Source: Octopus sinensis (lineage: Eukaryota). Taken from it: a stretch of DNA of 64,000 nt. Below are positions 12,818-26,090 of this stretch, piece by piece. The notes below the pieces were generated by a model. The model worked only from the letters and a program-made list of their open reading frames with translations. It was not told the DNA's origin and ran no database searches. Positions within the stretch are counted from its first letter, which is position 1. Every line of letters begins with the position of its first letter. Made by a program: the position numbers and the translations under genes. The stretch spans positions 1,426,001 to 1,490,000 of the forward strand of contig NC_043021.1 of NCBI RefSeq assembly GCF_006345805.1, in the 5' to 3' direction.

Positions 12818-14412
12818 TATTTTAAAACAGTTCACAACTTTACCAAACTGTAATACTATCCTAATATCCACCATTGTTTCATTTAACACATCTACAAATA
12901 TCTGTTATATGGAGCCTTCCTTCAACTTTAGCATATGACATTTAAACTTAGGAAACATGTTCACTGGAATAAACTAAATTGCCTTAGTTGCTAATTTCTG
13001 ATAGGTTTCGTGTAGCAGTTCAGGCTATAGCTAACATAAAAGCTCTAGGTGATTGTGATGGTGGTGGTGTCACTGGTAATGGCAGCAATTTTCCAAGTAC
13101 TCTTGTTAAATTTGTTCAACTGAATATTGCCTGTATGCATCTTTTATTAACGTATTTTATTTCTATTCCTTACTCCATTTCAATTCTATACTGAATGCTT
13201 AGTACATGTGTATCCTTCAGTAATTGTAGTCTGTTGTGTGAATACACCAAATCTCTCTGTCTTGCCTCACTGTTCTACATCATTCAAAACAAGTTGTTTC
13301 ACTACAGACACTCACTATTGATTTTGGTTATTCATCAGTTGTGTCTACATAATATAAATGCATCATCATGCCATTCTCACTGTTGCTAAGTACTGCATTA
13401 ATAAAACAGTTTGTTGCTATTAGCTAACTACCTGCTAATGTCAAGCCAACATGGGGTCCTATAGGTAGTAACTCGAAGTGCTAAAAATAGCAGCCAAATC
13501 TTCCTCAAATGACATCCTATCATCTTAAAAATTGATTACATGGCTCTGGTTTCTTTGTGCATAGGAAAAAGATGAAGTAGCCATGGTTGAAATACTTTGA
13601 TTATAGGTCTACTCTAACCTGAGCTAATGTGATGCTTATCAACAACAGTTTTAATAATATGTATTATTGTTGTTGCCTTAGTCATAGACTATCTGTATTG
13701 TAACTAGTTTGGTATTAGTCATAAATATGGTTCGTTATGCTTTATTTTTGTCATTGTTTTACCTACTTTAAGTTTAATTAGTGTGTGTGTGTGATAGTTT
13801 GTGCTAATTTTGACTTGCATGTGTCACTGAGGGAACTGTTTTTTCTAACTCAAAAGTCTTTTTTTTTCCTATTTTCACTGGAGGAAAGGGCTTTGCTCAT
13901 AACGTTTGTAAACTGCCATAAATACAGTTAATGTTTCCTTTTGAACATTAATGGCTGCCAAAAACACATTTGCAGCTGGGGTTTGCTGGAGAGCCAACAT
14001 TCTTGAGAGCAGGATTGGATGTTTTAGTCGGTACAAAACATGGAAGTGGGGGAACAATGTGGATGAGAAGAGGAGGAGGAGGAGGAGAAACAAGTGAGTT
14101 GGAAGTATTGGTTATGGATTCTATGCTTAGAAGTGGCTGTCTGTTTTAGTGCTGTGACAAGATATATAATTTTCATTGAACTTGTTAACTTAGCTAACAT
14201 TAGAGTTAATAAATATTGAGGCTACAGTTGAATGAATGGATCCTTGTATACTACTTATGCCTGTTTGATATATCTGTGGTAAAAATCCACTTGGAGGTGA
14301 ACTTGGAAATCTGAGAAAGTGTTATATGAATTGCTACCACTTACACCTTATTCAGTCTGTCTTAGATTAGCACTAATAATACTGGTCTCAGTACAGTTGT
14401 TTCCAATCATAA

Positions 14413-15910
14413 TCTGTATATATATATATAAGGCAGGATGTGTGTACGTGAATGCAGTTTATGCAAATCCACAAATTAGCACGCATGTCGCTCAAATTTT
14501 AGGACATTCGTCACGACCTTAGCTGTATTTTCATCAAATTATTTTCCCCCGAGGCACCCACGAATACCAGTAAATAATTTGGGCCATAACTTCTAACGAT
14601 TTTCACGGCGGAGAAATTCACCATTATTTACAAACCAATGATGAGTTAAGTCCCCTTCTGGCAACGGTGTAAAGAGAGGGAGAGAGAGAGTTAACAGATT
14701 TTTTAAATTTCGTCTTTTTACTGAGTGATTGACAGACAGGGGTTGTTATGTATGTGTGAATGGCTTCATCACACACAAGCATGTATATGTACAAAACACA
14801 TGCATGCAATGTGTGTGTGTTGCCCGTATATATATATACACACACACAATATAAACGATATTCTCCGTTTCTCCACAACTAATTTCCAAATTAGCTGAAT
14901 CCGTTGCTCTACTCATAGCGATATATAGCTGGTGAATATGGGAGAGAGCAGAGGTTACCAGAGCAAAAGACCTACTTGTTGACTGTAGACATGCTCCTTC
15001 GCAAACGATCAGCTATTATTTTGTAAACAATGTTTCTTCCTGTTACAAAACTTACGTCTGGGTGCCAAATTTGGTTTAATTGATGGTATTACTTGGGTAG
15101 GAGGTGGTGGTGGGACAGAGGCAGGGGCAAAGGCGTGTAAAAACATGTATGCAATAGGTGTATGTACGTATATGTTTGTGTGTGTGTTGCCCATATATAT
15201 ATACTTAGTTGTCATCTGAATATAAATGCTTCTCACACAGAGGATCGGGGGCCCTTTTGGGCATTCTATTTTCCTTGCTGGAATTGTTCTCAACCCATGG
15301 GCAAAGTGGGGTTACATGATGGGAGTGGTGTTTTCAAAAGGGTTGGCATATGCAACCTGATCACCTCTGCCGATCAAACTCCCAACCCATGCGCTCCCAT
15401 CACGACACTGATTCTGCTGAACTGGGTTGGGTATGAAAACTAACTTTAAAGCATGAATATAGATGTTTTTGAATCAGCAATGTTCGGTTAAGTTTTTTTG
15501 GGGGTGAAAAATCAATAAACTATTTCCTTATGGGGTTTTCTATTTAATCAGGATTAAAACAATCAATAAACAATTCCTTATAGGACTTCCCACTAAAATT
15601 GGTTACATCCCATTTTCAACCATAACATCTACCAATTTTGATATATTTTGTTCAAACTTGATACCAGCATCACTTAGGACTCATGGCATCATTGAATGCT
15701 TTAGGTTCTCCAAAAACGAAAAAAAAAAAAAAAAGATGAGTGGAAAAATCGATAAATGATTCCTTATGGGATTTCCCAAATTGTCTGCAAAATTTCACCA
15801 ATTTCAACGGATTTCACTCAAATTTGACGTCGATGTTACTTAGTTTGCTTTGAAATAAAGAGCTTAATAATCCTAATTTAATCCCAAGCAAAGCTGGGCT
15901 ATACTGCTAG
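14413..15910 (+). mobile_element. Non-autonomous Helitron
   Basis: A|TC 5' end, 3' hairpin cccaagcaaagctggg (15883-15898) followed by CTAG|T. Confidence 0.7.
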
Positions 15911-15954
15911 TATAAACTATTAATAAACTACACACTAGTTCCTCTGATACCATC

Positions 15955-16215
15955 ATCATCATCGCTTAATGTCCGTTTTCCATGCTGGCTTGGGTTGGAT
16001 GATTTGACTAAGGCCTGTAGAGCCAGAGGCTGCACCAGGCTCCAATCTGATCTGGCAATGTTTCTACAGCTGGATGCCCTTCCTAATGCCAATCACTCTG
16101 AGAGTGTAGTGGGTGCTTTTTACGTGCCACCAGCACGTTCAGATAGTGCTTTTTACATGCCACTGGCATGGGAGCCAGTCAAGGGGTACTGGCATCAGCC
16201 ACATTTGGATGGTGC
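15955..16215 (-). mobile_element. RTE 3' tail fragment
   Basis: (CAT)n gcttaatgtccgttttccatgctgg... shared module. Confidence 0.75.
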
Positions 16216-16222
16216 CATACAT

Positions 16223-16253
<31 letters not shown>

Positions 16254-16269
16254 ATATATATATAATATA

Positions 16270-16801
16270 TACTACAAAATTAGAGAATGGAGAAACATAC
16301 TTAAATCAATAAAACATCAACTATCCGATGATATCCAATCAATACTTTAATACACCATTACATATGAGTAAAGGCATTATACAAAATGAGATATACAGTA
16401 ATTGTAAAAAGATAAAGAGATATAAGTAAAAAATTTCAAATATAATATGCAATTAATCAAAACTGACAGCTGTTTCGGCAGTGAGGGCAGTCATACCTCA
16501 TTTAACCTATAAGCCATAAAGGCAGGTATAAATGAGGCATTAACAAGGATGCCCCACGGCCTCTTCAGAGAATTAAATTAAATTTGTTATAATTGTGAAA
16601 AATATTATATACCATATACATATAATATAAAAATATAAAAATGTAAAATATAAAAACTTATACATCATAATGCTACACTTATATAATATAATACTCATTG
16701 GTACAATAAAGGAAGGTAAACAGAACAAAATAAAACAAAATATATATCAGTGTATATATTAATATTAATAAGTACCGATATTATACATATTTGGCTAATA
16801 G

Positions 16802-16838
<37 letters not shown>

Positions 16839-18675
16839 AACACATAGGGAGATGAAAAATAATAATTAAAACCATGGTTCAGTTCATAAAATTCTAAAGC
16901 TATAAAAGTTAATAAAAAATTACTATTAATATTAATAATAATATAATAATAATAATAATAGATACAGTTAAGTTTGCACCAAGTCCATCCTTTCAAGATC
17001 GAAATAACTATGAGTTTAGAAATGCTGACCACTAGGTAAAGAAAATTTAGATTAATTCGATTGGCTATTGGTTTGAAATTTAAATCACAAAAGAAAATTA
17101 TACGGTTGGTTAGTCAAGGAACGCCAATATTCACACACGCATCTACAGATCAATCGCACATACACACATAGTTATATGTATATACATACACTTATACACA
17201 TACATAATCACAAGCAACAACTAGCACATTGATAAACAAAAAGGGAAGCAACTATGCTACCATTTAGTCCTTCAAAATTATAACTATGCCTCAAATAACG
17301 AAAAAGAACCACCCATGCATTTCATAAAATATTTAATTTAGATATAAATATATTTTTAAATATCAGTATGTTACTAAGTCAGATAATTATTTCATGGGTA
17401 ACTTAAAATTTATAACACCGGTTTGTTGCATAGTAAACATACGGTTGTTAGATTTATCGTAAGTTTGTTATAAAATATAAAATATATATTAATTTATATA
17501 TTATAAATAAATCACTTATTTACTTAATAAATTTAATGCCATAATATACCAGTTTAGGCATTAAAAAATAGAAGGGGAAGTACTAATGTAAACGCTTATG
17601 AGAACATCACAGAAATTTTTAAAAATTTATATTATAAATACTTAAGATAAAATGTGATAAAATAAATAAGAAGGAATAAACACGAAGGAATAAATACGGT
17701 TATACACATATTATAAGTACAAACCAGTATATATGTATTCATATATTATTAAAATTTAAATAAAAATAAATGATAGATATGTATGTATAAAACTACCCTA
17801 GTATAAGTAAATAAGTAAAAAATAAATAGATAACAAATTAGATGACTTGATATGTATGTAAACATCTACACTTAAATAGGCAAATAAATAAATAATTAGA
17901 AGACTAAATGCAGAGATTGATAACATTACAATAAAATAAAAAATAAATAAAGTGAATATATATGTTATATTGTTGAAAGTAAATATGTATGGAAGGATAA
18001 TTTAAAGTACAGATCCAGAGGACTATAGATATAAACTAAATATATAAGGCTGGTAATATTTATAAAGCCAAATGTATGTAAATGAAAAAATGAAAAAAAT
18101 GAAAAAGGTTTATTAGTAAATAGCATAAGATACAAATTAAGGTGAGTACAAAGAAAGACCAAATATACAATAAAAACCTTCCAAATAAACACATACAAAA
18201 AACCTATATTCTCAACCTAAACACACCAAACTCATAAAAGGCTCTCATATATTACATATTATACAATATCATTACATTATCTAGAGCTAGGTATCTAACC
18301 AAGATATACATATATACTATGCAATATACTATGCAACATTAGAAAACTTCAAAAATCACATATTACAAGGCAAATACCAAAATGAATATGTTATTTCATG
18401 TCATATTGCATTTCCCTTAAAAAACAAACAAAAACCCACATACAAAAAACAAGAAACAAATAATACTAGACACATCTATTATTATTATACAAATGTAGCT
18501 ATAAAAATTATAAAATTATAAATTTATAAGTTGTATACTTTAGAATTATGGAAGACCACAGGTATAGTTAGTTAAAGAAGGGAGTTAAAAAATTAATAAT
18601 AGTGGAAGTGCTAAGTTCTATTTGAATCTAGAAAAGGTGAACGGTAGCCTATGAATGCAAAAGAAGTTTTACAAC
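16270..18675 (-). mobile_element. AT-rich Penelope-like (PLE) derivative between (TA)n tracts
   Basis: Bounded by (TA)n on both sides, no ORF, carries a hammerhead motif near its 3' end; possible PLE ORF-end remnant at ~18560-18660. Confidence 0.45.
16463..16570 (-). ncRNA. Minimal type I hammerhead ribozyme with long helix II
   Basis: ct-CUGAAGA-ggc[85-nt hairpin domain]gcc-GAAA-cagcug-UC-ag; intact core, palindromic helix III, GUC triplet. Confidence 0.75.
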
Positions 18676-18713
18676 CTATATAATATATATATATATATAA
18701 TATATATATATAT

Positions 18714-18748
<35 letters not shown>

Positions 18749-18797
18749 ATATATATATATATAATATAATATATATATATATATATAATATATATAA

Positions 18798-19960
18798 CAA
18801 ATCAAAATAGATGAACATCAATGGAATTTGTATCTTTGTGGTACCAGTGCCGGTGGCACACAAGAATCCATCCGAACGTGACCGTAGTCAGTACCGCATC
18901 ACTGGCCATCGTGCTGTGGGCACATAACAAACACCATCCGATCGTGGCCGTTCGCCAGCCTCATCTAACACCTGTGTCGGTGGCACATAAAAACACCATC
19001 CGAAGACCCGGCAAGACTAGTCAGGCCATAACCCATGGCCCCTACCTGGGACGTAGTCAGTCCACCTGTGCATACCTTCCTCCTTGTGATACTTGTGAAG
19101 GCCTGTTGAGGCAAGTGAAAATCAAAATCAAATCAAAACAAATCAAAATAGATGAACATCAATGGAATTTGTATCTTTGTGATACCAGTGCCGGTGGCAC
19201 ACAAGAAAACCATCCGAAAGTGGCCGTAGCCAGTACCGCATCGACTGGCCTCCGTGCTGTGGGCACGTAACAAACACCATCCGATCGTGGCCGTTCGCCA
19301 GCCTCATCTAGCACCTATGTCGGTGGCACATAAAAACACCATCCGAAGACCCGGCAAGACTAGTCAGGCCATAACCCGTGGCCCCTACCTGGGACGTAGT
19401 CAGTCCACCTGTGCTTACCTTCCTTCTTGTGACACTTGTGAAGACCTGTTGAGGCAAGTGAAAATCAAAACAAATCAAAATAGATGAACATCAATGGAAT
19501 TTGTATCTTTGTGGTACCAGTGCCGGTGGCACGTGGCACACAAGAAAACCATCCGAACGTGGCCGTAGCCAGTACCGCATCGACTGGCCTCCGTGCTGTG
19601 GGCACGTAACAAACACCATCCGATCGTGGCCGTTTGCCAGCCTCATCTGGCACCTGTGTCGGTGGCACATAAAAACACCATCCGAGCGTGGCCGTCTGCC
19701 AGCCTCGTCTGGCACCTGTGTCGGTGGCACATAAAAACACCATCCGAGCGTGGCCGTTTGCCAGCCTCGTCTGGCACCTGTGTCGGTGGCACATAAAATC
19801 ACCCACTACACTCTCGGAGTGGTTGGCGTTAGGAAGGGCATCCAGCTGTAGAAACACTGCCAGATCTGACTGGACTGGTGCAGCTTTCGGGCTCCCCAGA
19901 CCCCAGTTGAACCGCCCAACCCATGCTAGCATGGAAAGCGGACGTTAAATGATGATGATG
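18798..19960 (+). mobile_element. RTE 3' UTR-derived element, left arm of giant inverted repeat
   Basis: Tandem ~332-341-bp units plus ~62-bp units, ends ggacgttaaat(GAT)n at 19950-19960. Confidence 0.85.
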
Positions 19961-20254
19961 ATATAATATATATATATAATATATATATATAATATATATA
20001 TAATATATATATAATAATATATATATATATATAATATATAATATATAAATATATATAATATATATATATATATAATATATAATATATATAATATATATAT
20101 AATATATATATATAATATATATATATATAATATATATATATAATATAATATATATATAATATATATATATATAATATATATATATTATATATATATATTA
20201 TATATATATATTATATTATATATATATATATATAATTATATATAATAATATATA

Positions 20255-20296
<42 letters not shown>

Positions 20297-20587
20297 TATA
20301 ATATATATATATATATTATATATAATATATATAATATTATATATAATATATTATATATTATATTAATATAATATATATTATATATATATATATATATATA
20401 TTATATAATATATATATATATTATATATAATATATATATAATATATAAATATATATAATATATATATTATATATTAATATAATATAATATATATATAATA
20501 TATAATAATATATATATTATATATAATAATATATATATAATATATAATATATATATATATATATAATATTATATATAATATATATAT

Positions 20588-20630
<43 letters not shown>

Positions 20631-20659
20631 TATATATAATATATATAATATTAATATAT
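19961..20659. repeat. ~700-bp imperfect (TA)n/(TAA) microsatellite spacer
   Basis: Essentially pure A/T. Confidence 0.95.
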
Positions 20660-21592
20660 CATCATCATCATCATCATCATCATTTAACGTCCGCTTTCCA
20701 TGCTAGCATGGGTTGGACGGTTCAACTGGGGTCTGGGGAGCCCGAAAGCTGCACCAGTCCAGTCAGATCTGGCAGTGTTTCTACAGCTGGATGCCCTTCC
20801 TAACGCCAACCACTCCGAGAGTGTAGTGGGTGATTTTATGTGCCACCGACACAGGTGCCAGACGAGGCTGGCAAACGGCCACGCTCGGATGGTGTTTTTT
20901 ATGTGCTACCGACACAGGTGCGAGACGAGGCTGGCAGACGGCCACGCTCGGATGGTGTTTTTTATGTGCCACCGACACAGGTGCCAGACGAGGCTGGCAG
21001 ACGGCCACGCTCGGATGGTGTTTTTATGTGCCACCGACACAGGTGCCAGACGAGGCTGGCAGACGGCCACGCTCGGATGGTGTTTTTATGTGCCACCGAC
21101 ACAGGTGCCAGATGAGGCTGGCAAACGGCCACGATCGGATGGTGCTTGTTACGTGCCCACAGCACGGAGGCCAGTCGATGCGGTACTGGCTACGGCCACT
21201 TTCGGATGGTTTTCTCTGTGCCACGTGCCACCGGCACTGGTACCACAAAGATACAATTCCATTGATGTTCATCTATTTTGATTTGTTTTGATTTGATTTT
21301 CACTTGCCTCAACAGGTCTTCACAAGTGTCACAAGAAGGAAGGTATGCACAGGTGGACTGACTACGTCCCAGGTAGGGGCCATGGGTTATGGCCTGACTA
21401 GTCTTGCCGGGTCTTCGGATGGTGTTTTTATGTGCCACCGACACAGGTGCTAGATGAGGCTGGCGAACGGCCACGATCGGATGGTGTTTGTCATGTGCCC
21501 ACAGAACGGAGGCCAGTCGATGCGGTACTGGCTACGGCCACTTTCGGATGGTTTTCTCTTGTGTGCCACCGGCACTGGTACCACAAAGATAC
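20660..21592 (-). mobile_element. RTE 3' UTR-derived element, right arm of giant inverted repeat
   Basis: Reverse complement of the left arm, with a different number of internal units; followed by (TA)n 21593-21780. Confidence 0.85.
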
Positions 21593-21743
21593 ATAAATAT
21601 AAATATATATAATATATAATATATATATATATATATATAATATATAAATATATAATATATAATATATATATAATATATATATATAATATATATAATATAA
21701 TATATAAATATATATATAATATATATATATATAAATATATATA

Positions 21744-21784
<41 letters not shown>

Positions 21785-22039
21785 TACACACACACACAAC
21801 ACATCATCATCATCATTGGGCTGTTATTGATGTAATCAATTCAGTTCTTCAAAATGGTTCCACAGCATGGCTAAAATCTAGTAACTAAAACAAGTAAAAG
21901 AATGTCTGTGTTTGTGTCTCGTTACCTTGACAACGTGTCTGGCTGCAAGGAAAATATTACTTTATTTGGAAACAGGTGATAGCAAGAAGAAGGGCATCTA
22001 GCAGTAGAGAACCTGTTTCAATGAATTACATCTGACTTG

Positions 22040-23290
22040 TATTGATGTTTAGGTTTGCGGCAGCAGCATCTTTCCAATTGTTGGTCATGGTTACTGTGAC
22101 ATATTTTCACGTGGTGGTAGTGGTAGGTGGTATTAGTAGCAGATTTTATGATGTTGGTCATAGTTACCATGATGTATTCATAGGAGCCACTGGCCCATCT
22201 CCAATTGACTATTGGTTTTCAGGTTGAGGCAGTAGATCAATTTAGCTTTTTTGATATTAAGACTTCTTGTGTTCCTCTTCAAGGCTGATATGGAGGTTTC
22301 TGTCCCTTTGGTGCTGCTGCATTTGGTTAAGTACCTGTGGAAGGAAAATGCATCTGGTGCGGTGCTCCTTTGCTCAGGCATGGAGCAGTTGGACCATGCT
22401 ACCGGTGTAATAGTTGTTGCATTTAGAGTACCATATATAGTACTCTATGTATGTATGTTGACACATGTGTTGTGAGTAGGGCAGTTTACCAGTGTACAGA
22501 GTTGTTGTTCTGCATGTGACTGCTTTGTTGATAGGTGTTTACATAGTGATGGTCCTGAATGGGCCTGTAGGATGTCAAGGCCCTCCCTACAGATGACTTT
22601 GTGGTGGTCCTCTTATGAAAGTGGGGTATCTTCAAGAAGCAAATCTTAGAGATATCTCTCTTTCCACATTTATATGGCTTGTATTCACATATAGAGTTAA
22701 CAACAGCCATCGGGTATCTCTTGGTCTCAAGTACTTTTAGGAACTGAACAATATGTGCATTTCAGATAGTGTTGTCATTGCATCTTCTTTGTATTCAGGC
22801 TATCTTAATCCTGATGGGGAGGGCCAACTGGTAATGGATGAAAAGGTCACAGCAGGCTGATTTTTAGTAGGTATTGGAACACTAAGTTTTTATGTGTGCT
22901 GTGTTATGATACAAATTTCTCTGCTTTTGTCAGAGGGAAAATAGACTAAGTTCTTTTAATGTGGTGATTTGTGTTGGGTGAGAAGGAATTGGCATGTCTG
23001 CCCAGGAAAGCGAAAATGGACTTAACCAAATGTGGCAACACCACCAAAGAGATAGACACCTCCATACAAGCATCAGAGAGGAACCCAGAAAATCTTCATT
23101 CAAGGAAGTTATACTGATCCATCACTTCAACCCAAAAATCAACGTGATTGGAGATGGGCCAGAGGTTCCTATGAATACATCACTGTGACTACAACTAACA
23201 TAACATATGCCACCACCACCGCATGAAAATACATCACAACAACCATAACCAACAGTGGGAGAGTTGCTGCTGTGAACCCAAACACCAAGC
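22040..23290. mobile_element. Old Penelope-like remnant with inverted arms
   Basis: GIY-YIG-end remnant on - (~22170-22900) and an inverted homologous copy on + (~22980-23290), e.g. gattggagatgggccagaggttcctatgaatacatc vs the reverse complement of 22170-22206. Confidence 0.6.
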
Positions 23291-23429
23291 AGTTTAAATA
23301 AAATAATGAAATGTAAAGGTTTTTTTGTTAAACTTTCTGCATTGTTAGAGGTTTTCTTTATTTCGCTTTTCTTTCATTTTCTAATTATGTACTACAATGC
23401 TTCAAGATAAGTATAGCACTGTTATACAC

Positions 23430-23560
23430 ACACACAATATGCTTCTTTCATTTTCCATCTACCAAATTGATTTGCTGTCAGCTTTGGTCAATCTGGGGTT
23501 ATAGTGGAAGACACTTGTTCAAGAGGTCATGAAGTGGGATTGAACCCTAAACTGAGCAAG
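23430..23560 (-). mobile_element. tRNA-derived SINE remnant
   Basis: cttctttcattttccatctaccaa...tatagtggaagacacttg...gtgggattgaacc (B-box-like on -). Confidence 0.5.
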
Positions 23561-23850
23561 ATTTGACAGTACAACATATTTGGGCAGCATCTCAAATCCA
23601 GCAGCTAGTAGAAAAATATATATATATAAATATAATTTGCTTTCGAAGAAAAATTCTGAAAATCACTAGAGTTACCAATAAATCTGTTGTGATGTGATAG
23701 TTTAGTTGAAAAATAAGGAAACACCCAAGTAATTTCCTTCAATGACTATTAACAGAGCTTCAACCTTTCACTTAAGCCAAATTGTTAATGTCATGTTAAT
23801 ATGGGGAAAAACAAGGAATTATTTATTTTTATTTTTGTTTTCTCTTCTAG

Positions 23851-24023
23851 TGTAGAATTTGTTGTCGGCAACAAACCAGTGAAAGATTTCCGAATGATTG
23901 AACGTCACTATTTCCGGGAAAAGCTACTGAAAAGTTTTGATTTTCATTTTGGTTTCTGCATTCCCAGTAGTGTAAACACTTGTGAACATATTTATGAATT
24001 CCCAGCTCTCTCAGACTATGAAA
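23851..24023 (+). CDS. UNC119: UNC119 coding exon
   Basis: tctcttctAG / GTaagt; 173 nt, phase 2-1; [57 protein letters not shown]. Confidence 0.97.
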
Positions 24024-24769
24024 GTAAGTACTACTTTGTTGCCATCTCTTATACTAAGCAATTTAATTCAATCTGTATAATATTGTGACAGCGTTTTGAC
24101 ACAACCAGTTACTTTTATTTTCAATACAAACATATTGTTAAGTACACATCTTATAACAATTTAATAAATCTATTTATTGCAAATACAATACCTACCAGCA
24201 ATTTATCATAAAATTTACATAAATTTCTACCCAAACTAGCTTAATACAAACAATAACAGGTGGACCAGAACTTCATTCCAGTTTCTGTCTGCCTGGGATT
24301 GAATCAGATTCTGTGCAGTTTAACTGATGGAGTAAACTATGAGAAATAGCTCCAAGAGATCCATTGTAGTGATCCAGCCTCTGAAAACGGCTAAACCCTA
24401 TCAAAATGCTTTTAAGTTATCCAGGTTGATTAGATCTCCTCAGACGCTAGCTTTTTGTATGATGTACTGCATGAGGCAGAAGTTGGCATTGATAGGTGTT
24501 AGGAGTTGTGCACATTTGTACTTCACTGACAACAAATTTTTATGTCTGTGCTAACACCTTGGCTAAAATCTTAACATCAGCTGAATGCAGAGTTATGGGT
24601 CAAGAGTCATCTGCAACATTCTGCTGGTGGTGTTCTTTCTCAGTAGTGCTTCTACACCCTGGCTCATAGAACTAAGAATTCTCTTTTTCTGCTGTCAGTT
24701 GCGGTAGATGTATTGACATATTTGTAAAGCTCAAAGAACAGACCATGGGAATCGGGTGATTTATTCCTT

Positions 24770-25580
24770 GTGCAACTTCTTGTAACCACTAGATTTCAGT
24801 GGTCATCAGTTTTCACAGAACATATTTCATCCCGTTTTGTGCTACCAGTTATCCATCTTCGTGAGCCACTTTCATTTGATAGCCAACCCTCATTCTCAAT
24901 ATCATCCCTTTCTACTGATCACCAATTTTCTCCCCTAAGTGACATTTTATGACTGCCATTGACTAACCCTTGCCTGTCACTCGCTATATCTACCTTCACA
25001 GAGATAAACCCTCTCTCCCTACTTTACCCACCCTCTCCACACATCATCCCCCTATTTCTCAGTTATCTAGTTTTATTATACTGCTACTCCATCTTTTCTC
25101 TACTTCCACTTATTTCACCATCCTTTACCAATTTGTGGTTACTATTGACCACACCTCCATCCTTGTTCACTCTTGTGAACCCACCCATCCACCCTTTTTT
25201 ATTCTGTCTCCTACTCCACCATCTTTATCTTTCTTTCCAGTTACTCCTACCCACATATAAAATGTGGTAATAATGTATCTTCCCTGTAGCAAGACACCTA
25301 TCCATGCCCCTTTAGCTTCTCAACACCTATCATAAAGCCACTACACTCAATTGAGGTGGCCTTTTTGTCTTGCAAGCTATTTGGTGACCTCAGAAGTACT
25401 GGTGCTACAAGAAAAGCCCCCAATATACCTTTAATAAGGATTTCTACATCCAGCTGTAGAAATCATACCGAAGTGGACCCTAGAGCTCACTGGAGTCCCC
25501 TGGCTCATTGGATCCTGTCAAACTATCCAACCCCTACCATCATGGAAGCTGGATGTTAAATAATGTTGATGATAATGAGG
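24770..25580 (+). mobile_element. Degraded RTE 3' UTR
   Basis: CT-rich body, catccagctgtagaaat and catggaagctggatgttaaat(GAT) tail. Confidence 0.5.
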
Positions 25581-25959
25581 ACTTATGGGTATAGGCCAAA
25601 TTCTAAGGCAAAGTATTATTAATAATTAAGTGTTAATATATTTCATGCAAAAGTATTTAAAAAATAACTAGAAATAATTATTTGGTAAGGAAAAAGAACA
25701 GTAGTGATTGATTAAATTATTTTGGGATGTATGGGAGATAAATGACAATATTATTTTTATGAACTCATTAGCGAAGCAGAAACTTTTAATATTGGCATTT
25801 TGGTACTAATTTTATCGACAGCCTTCCTTTTTTATAAAATATCCTAGTCAGTATTTATAGATTAAAACATCAAGTATATCTTTGTAATATCTCAATAAAT
25901 CTTAAAAAGTATCATAGGTTTTTTTTAAAGTTATCTTTGTACTTGTTTTCTATTTCCAG

Positions 25960-26090
25960 TTGAAGATATGATTCGAAGTCCATATGACACAAGATCGGAT
26001 AGTTTTTACTTTGTCGAAAACAAGTTGATCATGCACAACAAAGCAGATTATGCCTACAATGGCATGTGGGACGAAGACAACCAGAGATAG
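25960..26090 (+). CDS. UNC119: UNC119 last coding exon
   Basis: tatttccAG acceptor; [43 protein letters not shown], stop TAG 26088-26090. Confidence 0.96.

Noticed and set aside
18611-21816. Many overlapping 60-190-aa ORFs
   Set aside because: Products of (TA)n microsatellites and tandem RTE UTR repeats; low-complexity or repetitive translations.
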